Assembly: GCA_031414535.1 (NCBI GenBank)
Contig: JANNVQ010000029.1
Span: 1 to 64,000, forward strand
Length of the DNA stretch: 64,000 bases
Direction of reading: 5' to 3'
DNA from: Gemmatimonas sp.
GTDB taxonomy: Bacteria > Gemmatimonadota > Gemmatimonadetes > Gemmatimonadales > Gemmatimonadaceae
Of this stretch, positions 9,884-20,007 are shown piece after piece. The notes below the pieces were generated by a model. That model saw nothing but the letters and a program-made list of their open reading frames with translations. It was not told the DNA's origin and ran no database searches. The stretch's first letter is position 1; each line of letters opens with the position of its first letter. The position numbers and the translations under genes were made by a program.

Positions 9884-10825
9884 TTAGCGCTGACGGTTCG
9901 TGCACCACTCCAAGCTCATCCGATAAGTCTCCACCCAGCGCGTCCCGTTGTGCTTGAGCACGATGAGCGACGGAATCTCGGCGTATTTCCACGCCTCAAT
10001 CACCAGTTCACTTTTGCCGTCGCCATCGAGGTCCAGATGGTTGAGTAGCCGGCGGAACTCCACCGTACGCGACTCGCCACTCTTGGCGTGCTGGTAGCTC
10101 GTGTTGAAAGTGCCCGCCGAATCTTCGGCGAGGAGCACAAGCACGGCGGTGTTACCCGCTCCGGGGCCCAAATCGCCAGCGTTGGGGTCGATGTAGCTCG
10201 CGAGCAGTGTGCGCCCGTTGGCGCCCACGCCGGTGCGCAGCCAACGCGCATGGTAGTCGAGTCCGCTCAAGTCCTCAGGGCCAATCTCAGCGGCTGTCGC
10301 GACGGCGCTCGCCAGCGTCTTCCCCTGAGTTTCCGGATCGGCGGGAAACGGCCGCGCGTCTTTCGGCTGCGCCACAGGGGCCGAGGTGGCAAGCAGTTCG
10401 ATTGTCTCCTCGAACGTGTTGTTGGCTCCGAAGCGTCCGAGTGCCTGTGGCACAACGGTCTTGCAGCCTCTGATTTCGTAGAGCGGCGACGAGTCAGCGG
10501 GCCACATGCCGCGCGCGATTTCGATGGGACCGAGGTCTTGGCCGTTTCGGTACAGACTCAGCGTCTTGCCAGCGGCGAAGTACATGGAGTCGAGTTCACG
10601 CCATCCGGCCTCGTCCAACACGAGCGGCTTCAAGCCCTCGGCCGTGATCTGCGCGATAGGTGCCAGTTTCGGCATATCACGCGGCCCGAAGACCGAGAAC
10701 AGGATGGTGGGTGACCCCGAAAGGTCGGTGGCAGCGGTGGAGGATTCCACGCGCGGCGTTTCCGCCTGCTTGTCGCAAGCAGCGGCGAGGACTAGGATGC
10801 TCGCGATGAACGCTGTACGGCGCAT
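9884..10825 (-). CDS. Hypothetical lipoprotein
   Basis: Lipobox 'LAAAC'; 'DLDGDGKSEL' Ca-binding-type motif. Confidence 0.75.
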   Translation of the reverse strand: MRRTAFIASILVLAAACDKQAETPRVESSTAATDLSGSPTILFSVFGPRDMPKLAPIAQITAEGLKPLVLDEAGWRELDSMYFAAGKTLSLYRNGQDLGPIEIARGMWPADSSPLYEIRGCKTVVPQALGRFGANNTFEETIELLATSAPVAQPKDARPFPADPETQGKTLASAVATAAEIGPEDLSGLDYHARWLRTGVGANGRTLLASYIDPNAGDLGPGAGNTAVLVLLAEDSAGTFNTSYQHAKSGESRTVEFRRLLNHLDLDGDGKSELVIEAWKYAEIPSLIVLKHNGTRWVETYRMSLEWCTNRQR

Positions 10826-10994
10826 AGTTTCAAGCTACGCCCCGCCCGGTGAGGGGGCAACGGCGCGAGGCATAGCCCGGGCCATCCGCGGCGGCGGACT
10901 TCGGCCCGGAGCGGCTGGAGCGACGCTGGAAGCGCAGCGCGAGGTTGAGGCTCCCCCGCGCCTAGAGGCCGCCACGGCCGTGGAGGGCTTGGAA

Positions 10995-11816
10995 ATGACG
11001 GCCCGCACTGTCCCGGGCGAACCCGTGGTGGGCATCGCGGCGTTCTTGGACGGGATCCAGCGCTCTCGCGTGCTGGTGCACCACGCGGGCGTTCCCCTAG
11101 TGCATGGGGCCGTGGCTGCAGCCATCCGAGTGCGCAGTGCGCGACGCCTCAGTGCCTGGTCCACTCCGCTGCGATCGCACGCCCTCTACCTGCCGGTCCC
11201 GTTGATGGACGCGACGCTCGTGGCCGCGCTGCGCGCCAACTGCGCGGTGGTGGACTCCTTGGCCGAGCACGATGCGGCACAGCCGCTCCCGCGTCACCCG
11301 AGCGATTTGGCGGCGCGCGCGCTGACGGCCGTGCAGCGGGAACGCGAGCGCAGTGAGCAAGCCTTGGCGTTGGATTGGACGGCCGAGCAATCTCAACCGT
11401 TGTTGATGGACGGCGGCATCGCGGGGCGCGAAGAAGTGGCCCGCTCTCGGAATGTGGTGGGGGCGGTGAAGTCGCATCGCACGCTGTACGTCGTGGGGGA
11501 TGCGATGGACGTGATTCTGCATTTGCGCGAAGGTGAGCGCAGCACGGCAATCGCCTTGAGCTCGCCGCGGCGCACGGCGGTTGCCACGTGGTATTTGCGC
11601 CTCCGCGATGCCGGTGCACGGGGTCCGTTCTTTGGCCTGCTGCGGGTAGAGGTCGCGCTCGAGCCGGGCGAGGACATCACCGCGCGTGCCGATCTCGTCT
11701 CGCGCTGGTTGCTTGCTGAACGCGCGCCAATCGCGCTTCCTGATGCGCGCTGGGATGTGATGGTGTACGGCATCCGCGAGTGCGAGCAGTACCTTACGGC
11801 CATCCTCAATGCCTGA
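10995..11816 (+). CDS. nurA: NurA-family nuclease
   Basis: 'FLDGIQRS', 'LLMDGGI', 'GAVKSH' and C-terminal 'IRECEQYL'; overlaps herA. GGAGGG lies before ATG 10995 (start uncertain). Confidence 0.75.
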   Translation: MTARTVPGEPVVGIAAFLDGIQRSRVLVHHAGVPLVHGAVAAAIRVRSARRLSAWSTPLRSHALYLPVPLMDATLVAALRANCAVVDSLAEHDAAQPLPRHPSDLAARALTAVQRERERSEQALALDWTAEQSQPLLMDGGIAGREEVARSRNVVGAVKSHRTLYVVGDAMDVILHLREGERSTAIALSSPRRTAVATWYLRLRDAGARGPFFGLLRVEVALEPGEDITARADLVSRWLLAERAPIALPDARWDVMVYGIRECEQYLTAILNA

Positions 11817-13785
11817 TACGTCAGCTCTTCCCATCCTCGGCCGCGTCGTCGCCACAGAGCGCAAGCCAAATACGCCACACGAGTTCCACTTCTGGACCGC
11901 GCTCGATGCCCCTGTAGGCATCGGCACGATTGTCCGCGTGGAAAGCGAACGACCGATAGCCGGGGTATTGCCCACCATCTACGGCGTGGTGACTGAAGGC
12001 TTTGGCTACACCGATCTGCAAACGCCCCTGCACGATGTGCTCGGCGCTGATGGTGTGCCCAGCGCCAGCGCCTTCGCACCCACGGAGCGCACGGAGATTC
12101 GTCTTTATACCGCGGCCGTGCTCAGGCATGTACCCGAAGAGCCGCTGCAGCCCGTACCAATGGGCACCGTGCATTTGGCGACCGAACTCGACGTGCAGGC
12201 CGCGTTGCGCATGGACAGCTATTTGGGTGGATCGAGCGCGCGTGGTATCCCCGTGGGGATGTACCGAGCCGGTGGCACGCAGGCGGCGGTGCATCTCGAC
12301 GCGGACTTCTTGCTCGGGCCAGAGGCGGCGCATCTCTCCATCAGCGGCGTGTCGGGTCTCGCCACGAAGACGAGCGCGGTAGAATGGCTGTTGAGCAGTA
12401 TCTTCGCGCATTTCCCTCCTGAGAAAGGCGGCGTCGCGGCGGTCTGCTTCAACGTGAAGGGGCCAGATCTTTGCTTCCTCGATCAACCGGCCTCATCGCT
12501 TTCCGACGAAGAGCGCGGGATGTACGAGGCGCTCGGTGTGCCCGCCAAGCCATTTGAAGACGTGCAGTACTTCGCGCCGTGGACGGCCAAGGGATACCAG
12601 CTTGCCACGCTGCGGTCCAACGAGGCGCTACAGGAAAACGTCCAGCCGCTGACTTGGGGACTGCGTGAGACGCTGGAGTACGCCGAGGTATTGCTCAACA
12701 AGGATGACGTGGATGCCAAGGCCGACGCGCTGATTGATTTCATCAAGGAGCGCGTGCTGAACCAGGTGTTCACGGACGAATTACTCGGTGCCGCTCACGA
12801 GGTGCGCACGTTCGGCGAGCTCGATCGCTGGTTCTTTGAAGTGATTCGCGGCATCGAGCAGCGCGACCGCGGCGACACTTGGCGCACGCACCACATCGCG
12901 ACCATCCGGAAGGTCCGCAACCGCCTCAGCAACATCTCGACGCGCTGCAAGGGCCTCGTCACTGACGACGGTACGGTGAGCGATTTGCCTTGGGGCAGCT
13001 TCAAGGACCGCGGGGTGTACGTGGTGGATGTGGCGAACCTCGAGGAAGACGCCCAAGACCTCGTGTTCGCGCGCGTGGTTTCACAGCTGCGCGAGCATCT
13101 CGAGAAGCGGCAGCTGGGCGTTTCACAGGTGGTGGTGTTCGTAGACGAGCTCAACAAGTACGCGCCCGCGGATGGGCCTGATACCTACGTGCGGAAGATG
13201 TTGCTCGATATCGCTGAGCGCGGACGGTACCTCGGGCTCGTGCTCTTTGGCGCGCAGCAATTCCGCTCGCAGGTGCATCGGCGCGTCGTGGGGAATAGCG
13301 GGACGTCTCTGTACGGGCGGATGGATCCCGATGAGCTCGCGACGCCGGGGTATCAGACCATGTCGCCGGCGACCAAGGCGCGGCTCGCCACGCTCGAGAA
13401 GGGCCAATTGATGGTGCGGCATCCGCATTTTGGGCAGCCCATCTTCGTGCGGTTTCCGCGGCCGGCGGTGCTGACGGGGCGGGAAGGGGTGGAGCGCTAT
13501 CCGCCGGCCGATGAGTTGGCGTTAGACGCGGCCGTGACCCGCGCGCTGCGCCAACTTGACCCCAGCGTCACCCTCGCCTGGGTCCAGGATTGTATCGCTC
13601 TCGCGGGCGACAGCGAGGATGACATCATTCGGGCGAGGAACCGCTGCATTCAGACGCGGCCGGACGATGTGAAGGCATTCTTCCGCGCCCAGCTCAAGAA
13701 GCGGGTGAGCTCGGAGTCCGTCACCAAGCGGGGCCCCACTCCCCTGCGCGCGGCTCCGCCGGACGACGACCCGTACGGCGGCTAA
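11809..13785 (+). CDS. herA: HerA-family ATPase/DNA translocase
   Basis: N-terminal HAS-barrel-like region, variant P-loop 'SGVSGLATKTS', Walker B 'VFVDELNKYAP', 'IAERGRYLG...GAQQ'. Confidence 0.85.
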   Translation: MPDTSALPILGRVVATERKPNTPHEFHFWTALDAPVGIGTIVRVESERPIAGVLPTIYGVVTEGFGYTDLQTPLHDVLGADGVPSASAFAPTERTEIRLYTAAVLRHVPEEPLQPVPMGTVHLATELDVQAALRMDSYLGGSSARGIPVGMYRAGGTQAAVHLDADFLLGPEAAHLSISGVSGLATKTSAVEWLLSSIFAHFPPEKGGVAAVCFNVKGPDLCFLDQPASSLSDEERGMYEALGVPAKPFEDVQYFAPWTAKGYQLATLRSNEALQENVQPLTWGLRETLEYAEVLLNKDDVDAKADALIDFIKERVLNQVFTDELLGAAHEVRTFGELDRWFFEVIRGIEQRDRGDTWRTHHIATIRKVRNRLSNISTRCKGLVTDDGTVSDLPWGSFKDRGVYVVDVANLEEDAQDLVFARVVSQLREHLEKRQLGVSQVVVFVDELNKYAPADGPDTYVRKMLLDIAERGRYLGLVLFGAQQFRSQVHRRVVGNSGTSLYGRMDPDELATPGYQTMSPATKARLATLEKGQLMVRHPHFGQPIFVRFPRPAVLTGREGVERYPPADELALDAAVTRALRQLDPSVTLAWVQDCIALAGDSEDDIIRARNRCIQTRPDDVKAFFRAQLKKRVSSESVTKRGPTPLRAAPPDDDPYGG

Positions 13786-13842
13786 TCCGAGAGCTGAACA
13801 CCGCTCCCGCCGCACCCGATGATGCATAGATTGCTCACTTAA

Positions 13843-15042
13843 GTGCGCCTCGTTCACCTCTCCGATCTCCACCTCGGGTTTCGCCAGTTCCAGCGCAGCA
13901 CGCCTGCTGGAATCAATCAGCGAGAAGCCGACGTTGCGGCGTCGTTCACGCGAGCCGTGGACCGCGTCATTGCGATCGCGCCAGAGGTGGTGCTCATCGG
14001 TGGCGACGTGTTTCACACCGTGCGTCCAACAAACACGGCCATCCTGCACGCGTTCAACCAGTTCTCGCGGTTGGTGCACGCGCTGCCCGATACCCGCGTC
14101 GTCATCGCGGCGGGCAATCACGATATGCCGCGCTCCACCGAGACGATTTGCATTCTGCGGTTGTTCGCTGCTCCCTTGGGCATACACGTCGCCGACCGTG
14201 AGGCGAGGCGCTTCACCTTCGATGATCTTGGCCTCGCGGTGCTGACGGTTCCGGACCTGCCGCCAGGCACGGCGGAGCTCACGCCCGATCCGGCGTACAA
14301 GTACAACGTCCTCCTCATGCACGGCGAAGTGCAGGGCATCCTGCCGCAAGCGGAGCGCGCAGAGCATCCGGACCGCGCCGCGATGCGCATTCCGCTCGCT
14401 GATGTGGCGAGGCCGGGCTGGGATTACGTGGCGCTCGGACACTACCACGTGTACACACGCGTGGCCGAGCACGTGTTCTACTCCGGCTCCTTGGACTACA
14501 CGAGCACGAATCCGTGGGGAGAGATCGCCGCGGAGAAGGCGGCTAAGTTGCCGGGCAAGGGAATGATTGAGCTGGACCTGGCGAGTGGAAAGCAGACCTT
14601 TCATCCGCTGCCGGTTACGCGGCCGTTTGTTGAGCTGCCGCCCATTGACGGACGCGGCATGAGCGCTGCGGATGTAGACGCCGCCATTCAAGTGACGGTC
14701 GCGAAGCTCACTGATGGCGTTAATGGCAAAGTGCTGCGGCTTATCGTGCACGAACTGCCGCGGCACATCGCGCGCGAGTTGGACCACAAGGCGCTGCGCG
14801 AGTTGCAGCGAAGGGCCCTGCACTTCCAGCTCGATGTGCGAAAGCCTGCGGTGGTGCGCCGCGACCAGAGCGGCGCGCCGGGGCGACGCGCCTCGCTGGC
14901 GGATACGCTCCGCGAGTCACTAAACGCCCGAAATCTCTCGAGCGACATTGAACGCGATGCCCTGGTTTCGCTCGGGCTGCGCTATCTCGAACAGGCTGAG
15001 CAAAGCGAGCCGGTGCCCGCGCTGCCTGGGAGCGACGCATGA
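13843..15042 (+). CDS. sbcD: Mre11/SbcD nuclease
   Basis: 'SDLHLG', 'GGDVFH', 'AGNHD', 'LGHYH'. Confidence 0.93.
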   Translation: MRLVHLSDLHLGFRQFQRSTPAGINQREADVAASFTRAVDRVIAIAPEVVLIGGDVFHTVRPTNTAILHAFNQFSRLVHALPDTRVVIAAGNHDMPRSTETICILRLFAAPLGIHVADREARRFTFDDLGLAVLTVPDLPPGTAELTPDPAYKYNVLLMHGEVQGILPQAERAEHPDRAAMRIPLADVARPGWDYVALGHYHVYTRVAEHVFYSGSLDYTSTNPWGEIAAEKAAKLPGKGMIELDLASGKQTFHPLPVTRPFVELPPIDGRGMSAADVDAAIQVTVAKLTDGVNGKVLRLIVHELPRHIARELDHKALRELQRRALHFQLDVRKPAVVRRDQSGAPGRRASLADTLRESLNARNLSSDIERDALVSLGLRYLEQAEQSEPVPALPGSDA

Positions 15043-17471
15043 GGCTGACCCGGCTCAAGTTGCTCAACTTCCGCCAGCACGCGGATACCACCATCGAGTT
15101 CGACTCTGGGCTCACGGGCATCATCGGGCCCAACGGCGCAGGTAAGTCCACCATCCTCGAGGCCATCGCTTGGGTGCTGTACGGCGGTACCATCCTGCGC
15201 GGTACCAATGACTCCATCCGCTTCCAACGCGCGGCGGCACGTGCGCCAGTGAAGGTGGAGCTCGACTTCGAACTCGGCGGGCACCGCTACCGGGTTGTGC
15301 GCGGCCTCTCGATGGCCGAGCTGTATTTGGATGGTGGTCCGGAGCCCGTCGCGAATTCGGTGACGGCGGTCGCGGAGTTTCTGCAGCGCCGCATCGGCAT
15401 GACGCGGGCCGAATTCTTCAATACCTACTTCACGGGCCAGAAAGATCTGGCGGTGATGCAGTCGCTCTCGGCCTCAGAGCGCGCGCAGTTCCTCTCGCGC
15501 GTGCTTGGCTATGAGAAGCTTCGTGTGGCGCAGGATCTCTGTGCGGTGCGTCGCAAGGAGATCTCCAGTGAGATTTCCGGCCTGCGCAGCGGCATGCCGG
15601 AGCGCGAGAGCATTCTCCGAGAGATGGCGCATGCTGCGGAGTCGCTGCGCGAGGCCGCGAAGTCCCAAGAGCGCGCCGAGCGTGCGGAAAATGAGACCGG
15701 GGTGGCCCTCGCGGATATCGCCCCGAAGTGGCTGGCGGCGCAGACGGGGCGTGAGGAGCGTGAACGCATCGAGCGCGAGCTCGCATCGATTGCGGGTGAG
15801 GACGCGGCGCTCGCGCGCGAGCTCGAGAAGGTGCTCCAGGAGATCGCTGAGGTGGTGCGTGCAAAGTCTGAGCTCGCGCCGATGCTTCCCGATTTGGATG
15901 CCTTGCAGAAGGTCGATGAAGATCTCGAATCCCAACGCGTGCTCGCCGTGAGCGACGGACGCCGCCGCGCGCTGGAGACCTCACGAACGAATCTCAGCAG
16001 CGATTGCACGGCGCTCGCACAGGACGTAGAGCGCCTGCAGGTTTCAGCCTCGCAGGTTAACGCCCTGCTTCCGGAACTCGTGCAGCGGCGCCAGGCCGTG
16101 GAGGATGCGCAGGGCAAGCTCGAGTTGCGCCGCACGGAGTGGGTGCGCGAGCGCGAGAGCGTAGAAGGCCGCCTTCGTACGCTGCGCGCCACGTACGCGG
16201 ACCTGCGGGATCAGCGAGACGTTCTCCTCAACGCCGGCGAAGCCGGCAATTGTCCCACGTGTACGCGTTTGCTCGGGGAGCACTTCCGCGCGGTGCTCGA
16301 GACCGTGGAGCGGCAATTGGAGACGGTGGAAGCGGATGGCTCGTACTTCCGCACGCGTCGCGAGCAGCTGGAGGCGATGCCCGCCGACATCGAGCATCTC
16401 GACGAACTCCGCAAAAAGCTGCAAGTGGACGTGAGCGGGTTCGAGCGTCGCCTGACCGAGGCGCAGCAGGACGCCAAGCGTCTGGCCAGCGAGGAGCGCG
16501 AGCTTGAGGCCAAGCGAGCCCGGCTCGCGACCGTGGCGGAAGAGTTGGCCTCGCTGCCAGCCGGGTACGAGAAGGCCGTGCACGAGGCCCTTGAGGCCGA
16601 GCGCGAGCGGTTGGTGGAACGCACGACGATTGCCAACCGTCTCTCAATGCGCATCGAGCGCGAACCCGCACTGCAGCGGGAACGCGAGAACATCATGCGG
16701 CAGCGCGATCTGCTCGCAGAGCGACGTACGGCGGCCGAAGCGCGCCGCGGCGGCCTCACTGTGCCGGATGGCGACTATGCGGAGTTGCGGCGCCTGCACG
16801 AAGGCGTGGCTGCCGCACACGCCGATGCGGGTCAGCTCGCGGCGGCCGCGCGCGCGGCGCGAGAAGTCGCTGCGGCGAACGCGGCTCGTGCGGCCGCGAA
16901 CAAGGCGTCATACGAAGCCTTGGAAGCCAAGGTCGCACTCCTCGAGAGCGACCGTCGCCTGCACGACGAACTGCATCGCGCGTATTCTGAATTGCGCAAT
17001 GAACTCAACTACCAGTTGCGGCCCGAAATCAGCGAGATTGCCTCGGAGCTGCTGAAAACAATCACAGACGCGCGCTACACTGAGCTCGAGCTCGACGACA
17101 AGTATCGCATTCAAGTGCTCGAGGACGGCGTGCCCAAGCCGGTCATCTCCGGCGGAGAGGAGGACGTAGCCAATCTGGTGCTCCGCCTTGCAATCTCCCA
17201 GATGATTGCCGACCGCGCGGGCCAAGCGTTTTCCTTGCTCATCCTCGACGAAGTCTTTGGTTCTTTGGATGACGTGCGGCGTCAGAACGTGGTCGCGCTC
17301 CTGCGTGGCTTGGAGGACCGCTTCGATCAGGTCATCGTCATCACGCACATTGATGCCGTGCGCGACGGCCTTGATCGCGTGATTCAGGTGAACGTGGACG
17401 AGGCGACGGGCGCGGCAAGGGTCGTGCAGTCGGACCTGGCAGTCGCCTTGATCGCCGAGGCGGCGGCATGA
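15039..17471 (+). CDS. sbcC: Rad50/SbcC SMC-like ATPase
   Basis: 'GPNGAGKST', coiled coils, central zinc hook CPTC, 'ISGGE', 'LILDEVFGSLD', 'VITH'. Confidence 0.95.
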   Translation: MRLTRLKLLNFRQHADTTIEFDSGLTGIIGPNGAGKSTILEAIAWVLYGGTILRGTNDSIRFQRAAARAPVKVELDFELGGHRYRVVRGLSMAELYLDGGPEPVANSVTAVAEFLQRRIGMTRAEFFNTYFTGQKDLAVMQSLSASERAQFLSRVLGYEKLRVAQDLCAVRRKEISSEISGLRSGMPERESILREMAHAAESLREAAKSQERAERAENETGVALADIAPKWLAAQTGREERERIERELASIAGEDAALARELEKVLQEIAEVVRAKSELAPMLPDLDALQKVDEDLESQRVLAVSDGRRRALETSRTNLSSDCTALAQDVERLQVSASQVNALLPELVQRRQAVEDAQGKLELRRTEWVRERESVEGRLRTLRATYADLRDQRDVLLNAGEAGNCPTCTRLLGEHFRAVLETVERQLETVEADGSYFRTRREQLEAMPADIEHLDELRKKLQVDVSGFERRLTEAQQDAKRLASEERELEAKRARLATVAEELASLPAGYEKAVHEALEAERERLVERTTIANRLSMRIEREPALQRERENIMRQRDLLAERRTAAEARRGGLTVPDGDYAELRRLHEGVAAAHADAGQLAAAARAAREVAAANAARAAANKASYEALEAKVALLESDRRLHDELHRAYSELRNELNYQLRPEISEIASELLKTITDARYTELELDDKYRIQVLEDGVPKPVISGGEEDVANLVLRLAISQMIADRAGQAFSLLILDEVFGSLDDVRRQNVVALLRGLEDRFDQVIVITHIDAVRDGLDRVIQVNVDEATGAARVVQSDLAVALIAEAAA

Positions 17472-18448
17472 GCACTGTTTCTCGTGGTCCCAATCGCGAC
17501 CCGGGTCGTATCGTTGGACCCTTTCCAATCAGGCTCGAGGACATTCCCGACCTCAACGTCATCTTCTCCGACGCATTCAGTGAGCGGTACCGGCGCGACG
17601 GGATGGCTGGCGTGCGTGTGCCACCCTTGAACCCTGCCATTTGGCGTTACGCCATCGAGGGTGCGGGCGAGGGGGCGATGCTGTGGCGAGACGCGCACAA
17701 TGAGATTGCGGCGTTCAACCTGGCGCACGTACTCGGGACGGAAGGCTGGATGGGCCCGCTGGCCGTACGCGAGGACCTGCAGTCACGCGGACTCGGCCGC
17801 ACGATCGTCGAGGCGGGCATCACGCATCTCAAGCGCAATGGCTGCACGACGATTGGCCTTGAGACGATGCCGCGCACGATGGATAACATCGGCTTCTACT
17901 CCACGCTCGGCTTCGTGACCGCGCCACTGACCATCACGGTGACGATGGAGCAGCTCTCGGTGCCTGGGCCGCCGCTCCTGAGCCACGCGGGGGGCGCCGA
18001 GCGTGAAGGGCATCTGGCGGAAATCGCCGCCCTCACCGCGCGAGTGCGGCCCGGGGCCAGCTATACGCGTGAGATTCAGCTCACGGTACGTCATGGACTC
18101 GGTGACGTGGTACTCATGCACGACGAGCAAGCTGTTTTGAAGGGATACGCGCTTTTTCACGACATCCCGCTCGTGGAAGGCCGCAGCCGGGAGGAACTCC
18201 GCGTGCTCAAGCTCGTCGTGGCCGATGCGCAAGATCTGCCGCCATTGATGCAACTCGTGCGAGCGCAGGTGCGACGCAGTGGCGCACTGCGGGCGGCGCT
18301 GCGCGTGCAGGGAGAGTATGCCGACGCATTACGAGTGTTGGTGGCCCACGGTGCGCGAGTGCGCTGGACCGATCTGCGAATGACGCTGGTTGGCTACACT
18401 GAGTCGCCAAGTATCGACGGCATCGCGATTTCCAACTGGGAAATCTGA
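17468..18448 (+). CDS. GNAT-family N-acetyltransferase
   Basis: 'LAVREDLQSRGLGRTI' acetyl-CoA motif, 'NIGFYSTLGF'; ATGA overlap with the sbcC stop. Confidence 0.85.
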   Translation: MSTVSRGPNRDPGRIVGPFPIRLEDIPDLNVIFSDAFSERYRRDGMAGVRVPPLNPAIWRYAIEGAGEGAMLWRDAHNEIAAFNLAHVLGTEGWMGPLAVREDLQSRGLGRTIVEAGITHLKRNGCTTIGLETMPRTMDNIGFYSTLGFVTAPLTITVTMEQLSVPGPPLLSHAGGAEREGHLAEIAALTARVRPGASYTREIQLTVRHGLGDVVLMHDEQAVLKGYALFHDIPLVEGRSREELRVLKLVVADAQDLPPLMQLVRAQVRRSGALRAALRVQGEYADALRVLVAHGARVRWTDLRMTLVGYTESPSIDGIAISNWEI

Positions 18449-18460
18449 AGCCTCCGCGAC

Positions 18461-18628
18461 TCAGCCCTTGGACTTCCGTGCGCGCTCTGCACGCTTCACG
18501 GCGCCAAGCACGATGAGCATCACGCCGAGGGAGAGGAACAGATGGATGATGCCGGGCGCTTCGAAGGCAAAAGTTCCTGCCGCCCAAAAAACGAGCATGA
18601 TGGCGCCGATAATTGATAGGAGATCCAT
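18461..18628 (-). CDS. Small two-TM membrane protein (lmo0937/DUF5670-like)
   Basis: 55 aa; 'W..G......GIIHLFL' pattern with basic tail. Confidence 0.6.
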   Translation of the reverse strand: MDLLSIIGAIMLVFWAAGTFAFEAPGIIHLFLSLGVMLIVLGAVKRAERARKSKG

Positions 18629-18862
18629 GCCAGAAGTTAACAGAGTCCAGTCCGGAGCGTTATTGACGGCGACTGCACCGACTCCTACATTCACCGAAGA
18701 ATCTGTTGGGACAGGGAGAATTATTTTTTGAGCCGATAAGTCCTCCGATGCGGATCCAACATCTCTGCCCACGACATGCCCGGACGCCGGGAAGTCGAAA
18801 GTAGGGTGAGGGCCTTAGCCTTCGACAGGGCTTCAAAAACCCCTCTCTGCTCCCTCTCTTTA

Positions 18863-18905
18863 GCCGACGCGCCGTCCGATTCCGGGCGGCGCGTCGGTGT
18901 TTTGT
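18863..18905 (+). terminator. Rho-independent terminator
   Basis: 16-bp stem GCCGACGCGCCGTCCG/CGGGCGGCGCGTCGGT followed by GTTTTGT. Confidence 0.75.
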
Positions 18906-18956
18906 AGTGTTGCGCCCCTCGCGGAACCCTGCCGAAAGTTGCAGGCTTAATGGACT

Positions 18957-19370
18957 ATGCCAGTCGTCACCGCTACCCGCCTCGTCAAATTCAATGCCGG
19001 CCACCGGGTCTACAACCCCGCGTGGTCCGACGAGAAGAACACCGCCACGTTCGGAAAGTGCAACAACCCGAACTTCCACGGCCACAATTACACCCTTGAG
19101 ATCACCGTTGAGGGCAGTGTAGATCCGGACACGGGCTACGTCATGGACTTGGGCGCGCTCAAGCTCATTGCCGAACGAGAACTTGTCCAGCATATCGATC
19201 ACAAGAACCTGAATCTCGACGTCCCCTTCATGGCGGGAACCATTCCCACCACGGAAAACCTTGTACTAGCGTGCTGGCGCATTCTCGCGCCCAAGGTCGC
19301 TCCGCAGCGACTCGTACGCCTCAAGCTTTGGGAGACGGATAATCATTATGTCGAATACGATGGCCGGTGA
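18957..19370 (+). CDS. 6-pyruvoyl-tetrahydropterin synthase family protein (PTPS-II type, CX5HGH)
   Basis: 'FNAGHR', '[12 protein letters not shown]', 'DHKNLN', 'PTTENL'. Confidence 0.92.
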   Translation: MPVVTATRLVKFNAGHRVYNPAWSDEKNTATFGKCNNPNFHGHNYTLEITVEGSVDPDTGYVMDLGALKLIAERELVQHIDHKNLNLDVPFMAGTIPTTENLVLACWRILAPKVAPQRLVRLKLWETDNHYVEYDGR

Positions 19371-19374
19371 CCGT

Positions 19375-20007
19375 ATGAAGTCAGCGGTGCGCAATGGCTC
19401 GGGGGCCGATGCCTTCGAGGCGGAGGCTGGCTCCGACGCCGTGCGGATGGTGGAGTTCGAGAATCTCGTGCGTCGTGAACTCGAGCTTATCGGGGAAGAT
19501 CCCAACCGCGAAGGTCTACAGAAGACGCCCGAACGCGTCGCCAAGGCCATGTCCTGGCTGACCCGTGGCTATGAGATGGATGTGGCGGAAGTCGTGGGTG
19601 ACGCCGTGTTTGAGGAAGCGCACGAAAGCATGGTGATGGTGCGAGATATTGAGCTGTACTCGATGTGCGAGCATCACATGCTGCCGTTCTTCGGCAAGGC
19701 GCACATCGCCTACATCCCGCGAGGCCGCATCGTGGGCCTGTCCAAGCTGCCGCGCATCGTGGAAGTGTTCTCGCGTCGCCTGCAGGTGCAGGAACGTCTC
19801 ACGGAGCAGATTGCGCAGGCCATCCAGGACGTGCTGCAGCCCGAGGGCGTGGGCGTCGTGATTGAGTGCGAACATCTGTGCATGATGATGCGCGGTGTGG
19901 AGAAGCAAAACTCGCGCACGATCACCTCGGCCCTCCGCGGCTCGTTTAAGAACGATCCGATGACCCGCGACGAGTTCTTGCGTCTCGCATACGGATCGCG
20001 CAGATGA
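19375..20007 (+). CDS. folE: GTP cyclohydrolase I
   Basis: '[11 protein letters not shown]', '[10 protein letters not shown]', 'GLSKLPR', 'HLCMMMRGV'. Start could be 19348, 19360 or 19375. Confidence 0.97.
   Translation: MKSAVRNGSGADAFEAEAGSDAVRMVEFENLVRRELELIGEDPNREGLQKTPERVAKAMSWLTRGYEMDVAEVVGDAVFEEAHESMVMVRDIELYSMCEHHMLPFFGKAHIAYIPRGRIVGLSKLPRIVEVFSRRLQVQERLTEQIAQAIQDVLQPEGVGVVIECEHLCMMMRGVEKQNSRTITSALRGSFKNDPMTRDEFLRLAYGSRR

Noticed and set aside
10506..10994. Long N-terminal extension of nurA from the ORF track
   Set aside because: It overlaps the divergent lipoprotein gene, and an SD-preceded ATG exists at 10995.
13522..14823. Long antisense ORFs (this one, 46550-47695, 39231-40184 and others)
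   Set aside because: Shadows of well-supported genes in high-GC DNA, with no recognisable motifs.
18957..19370. queD of queuosine synthesis
   Set aside because: The motif is CX5HGH rather than CX3HGH, and no queC/E/F is adjacent.
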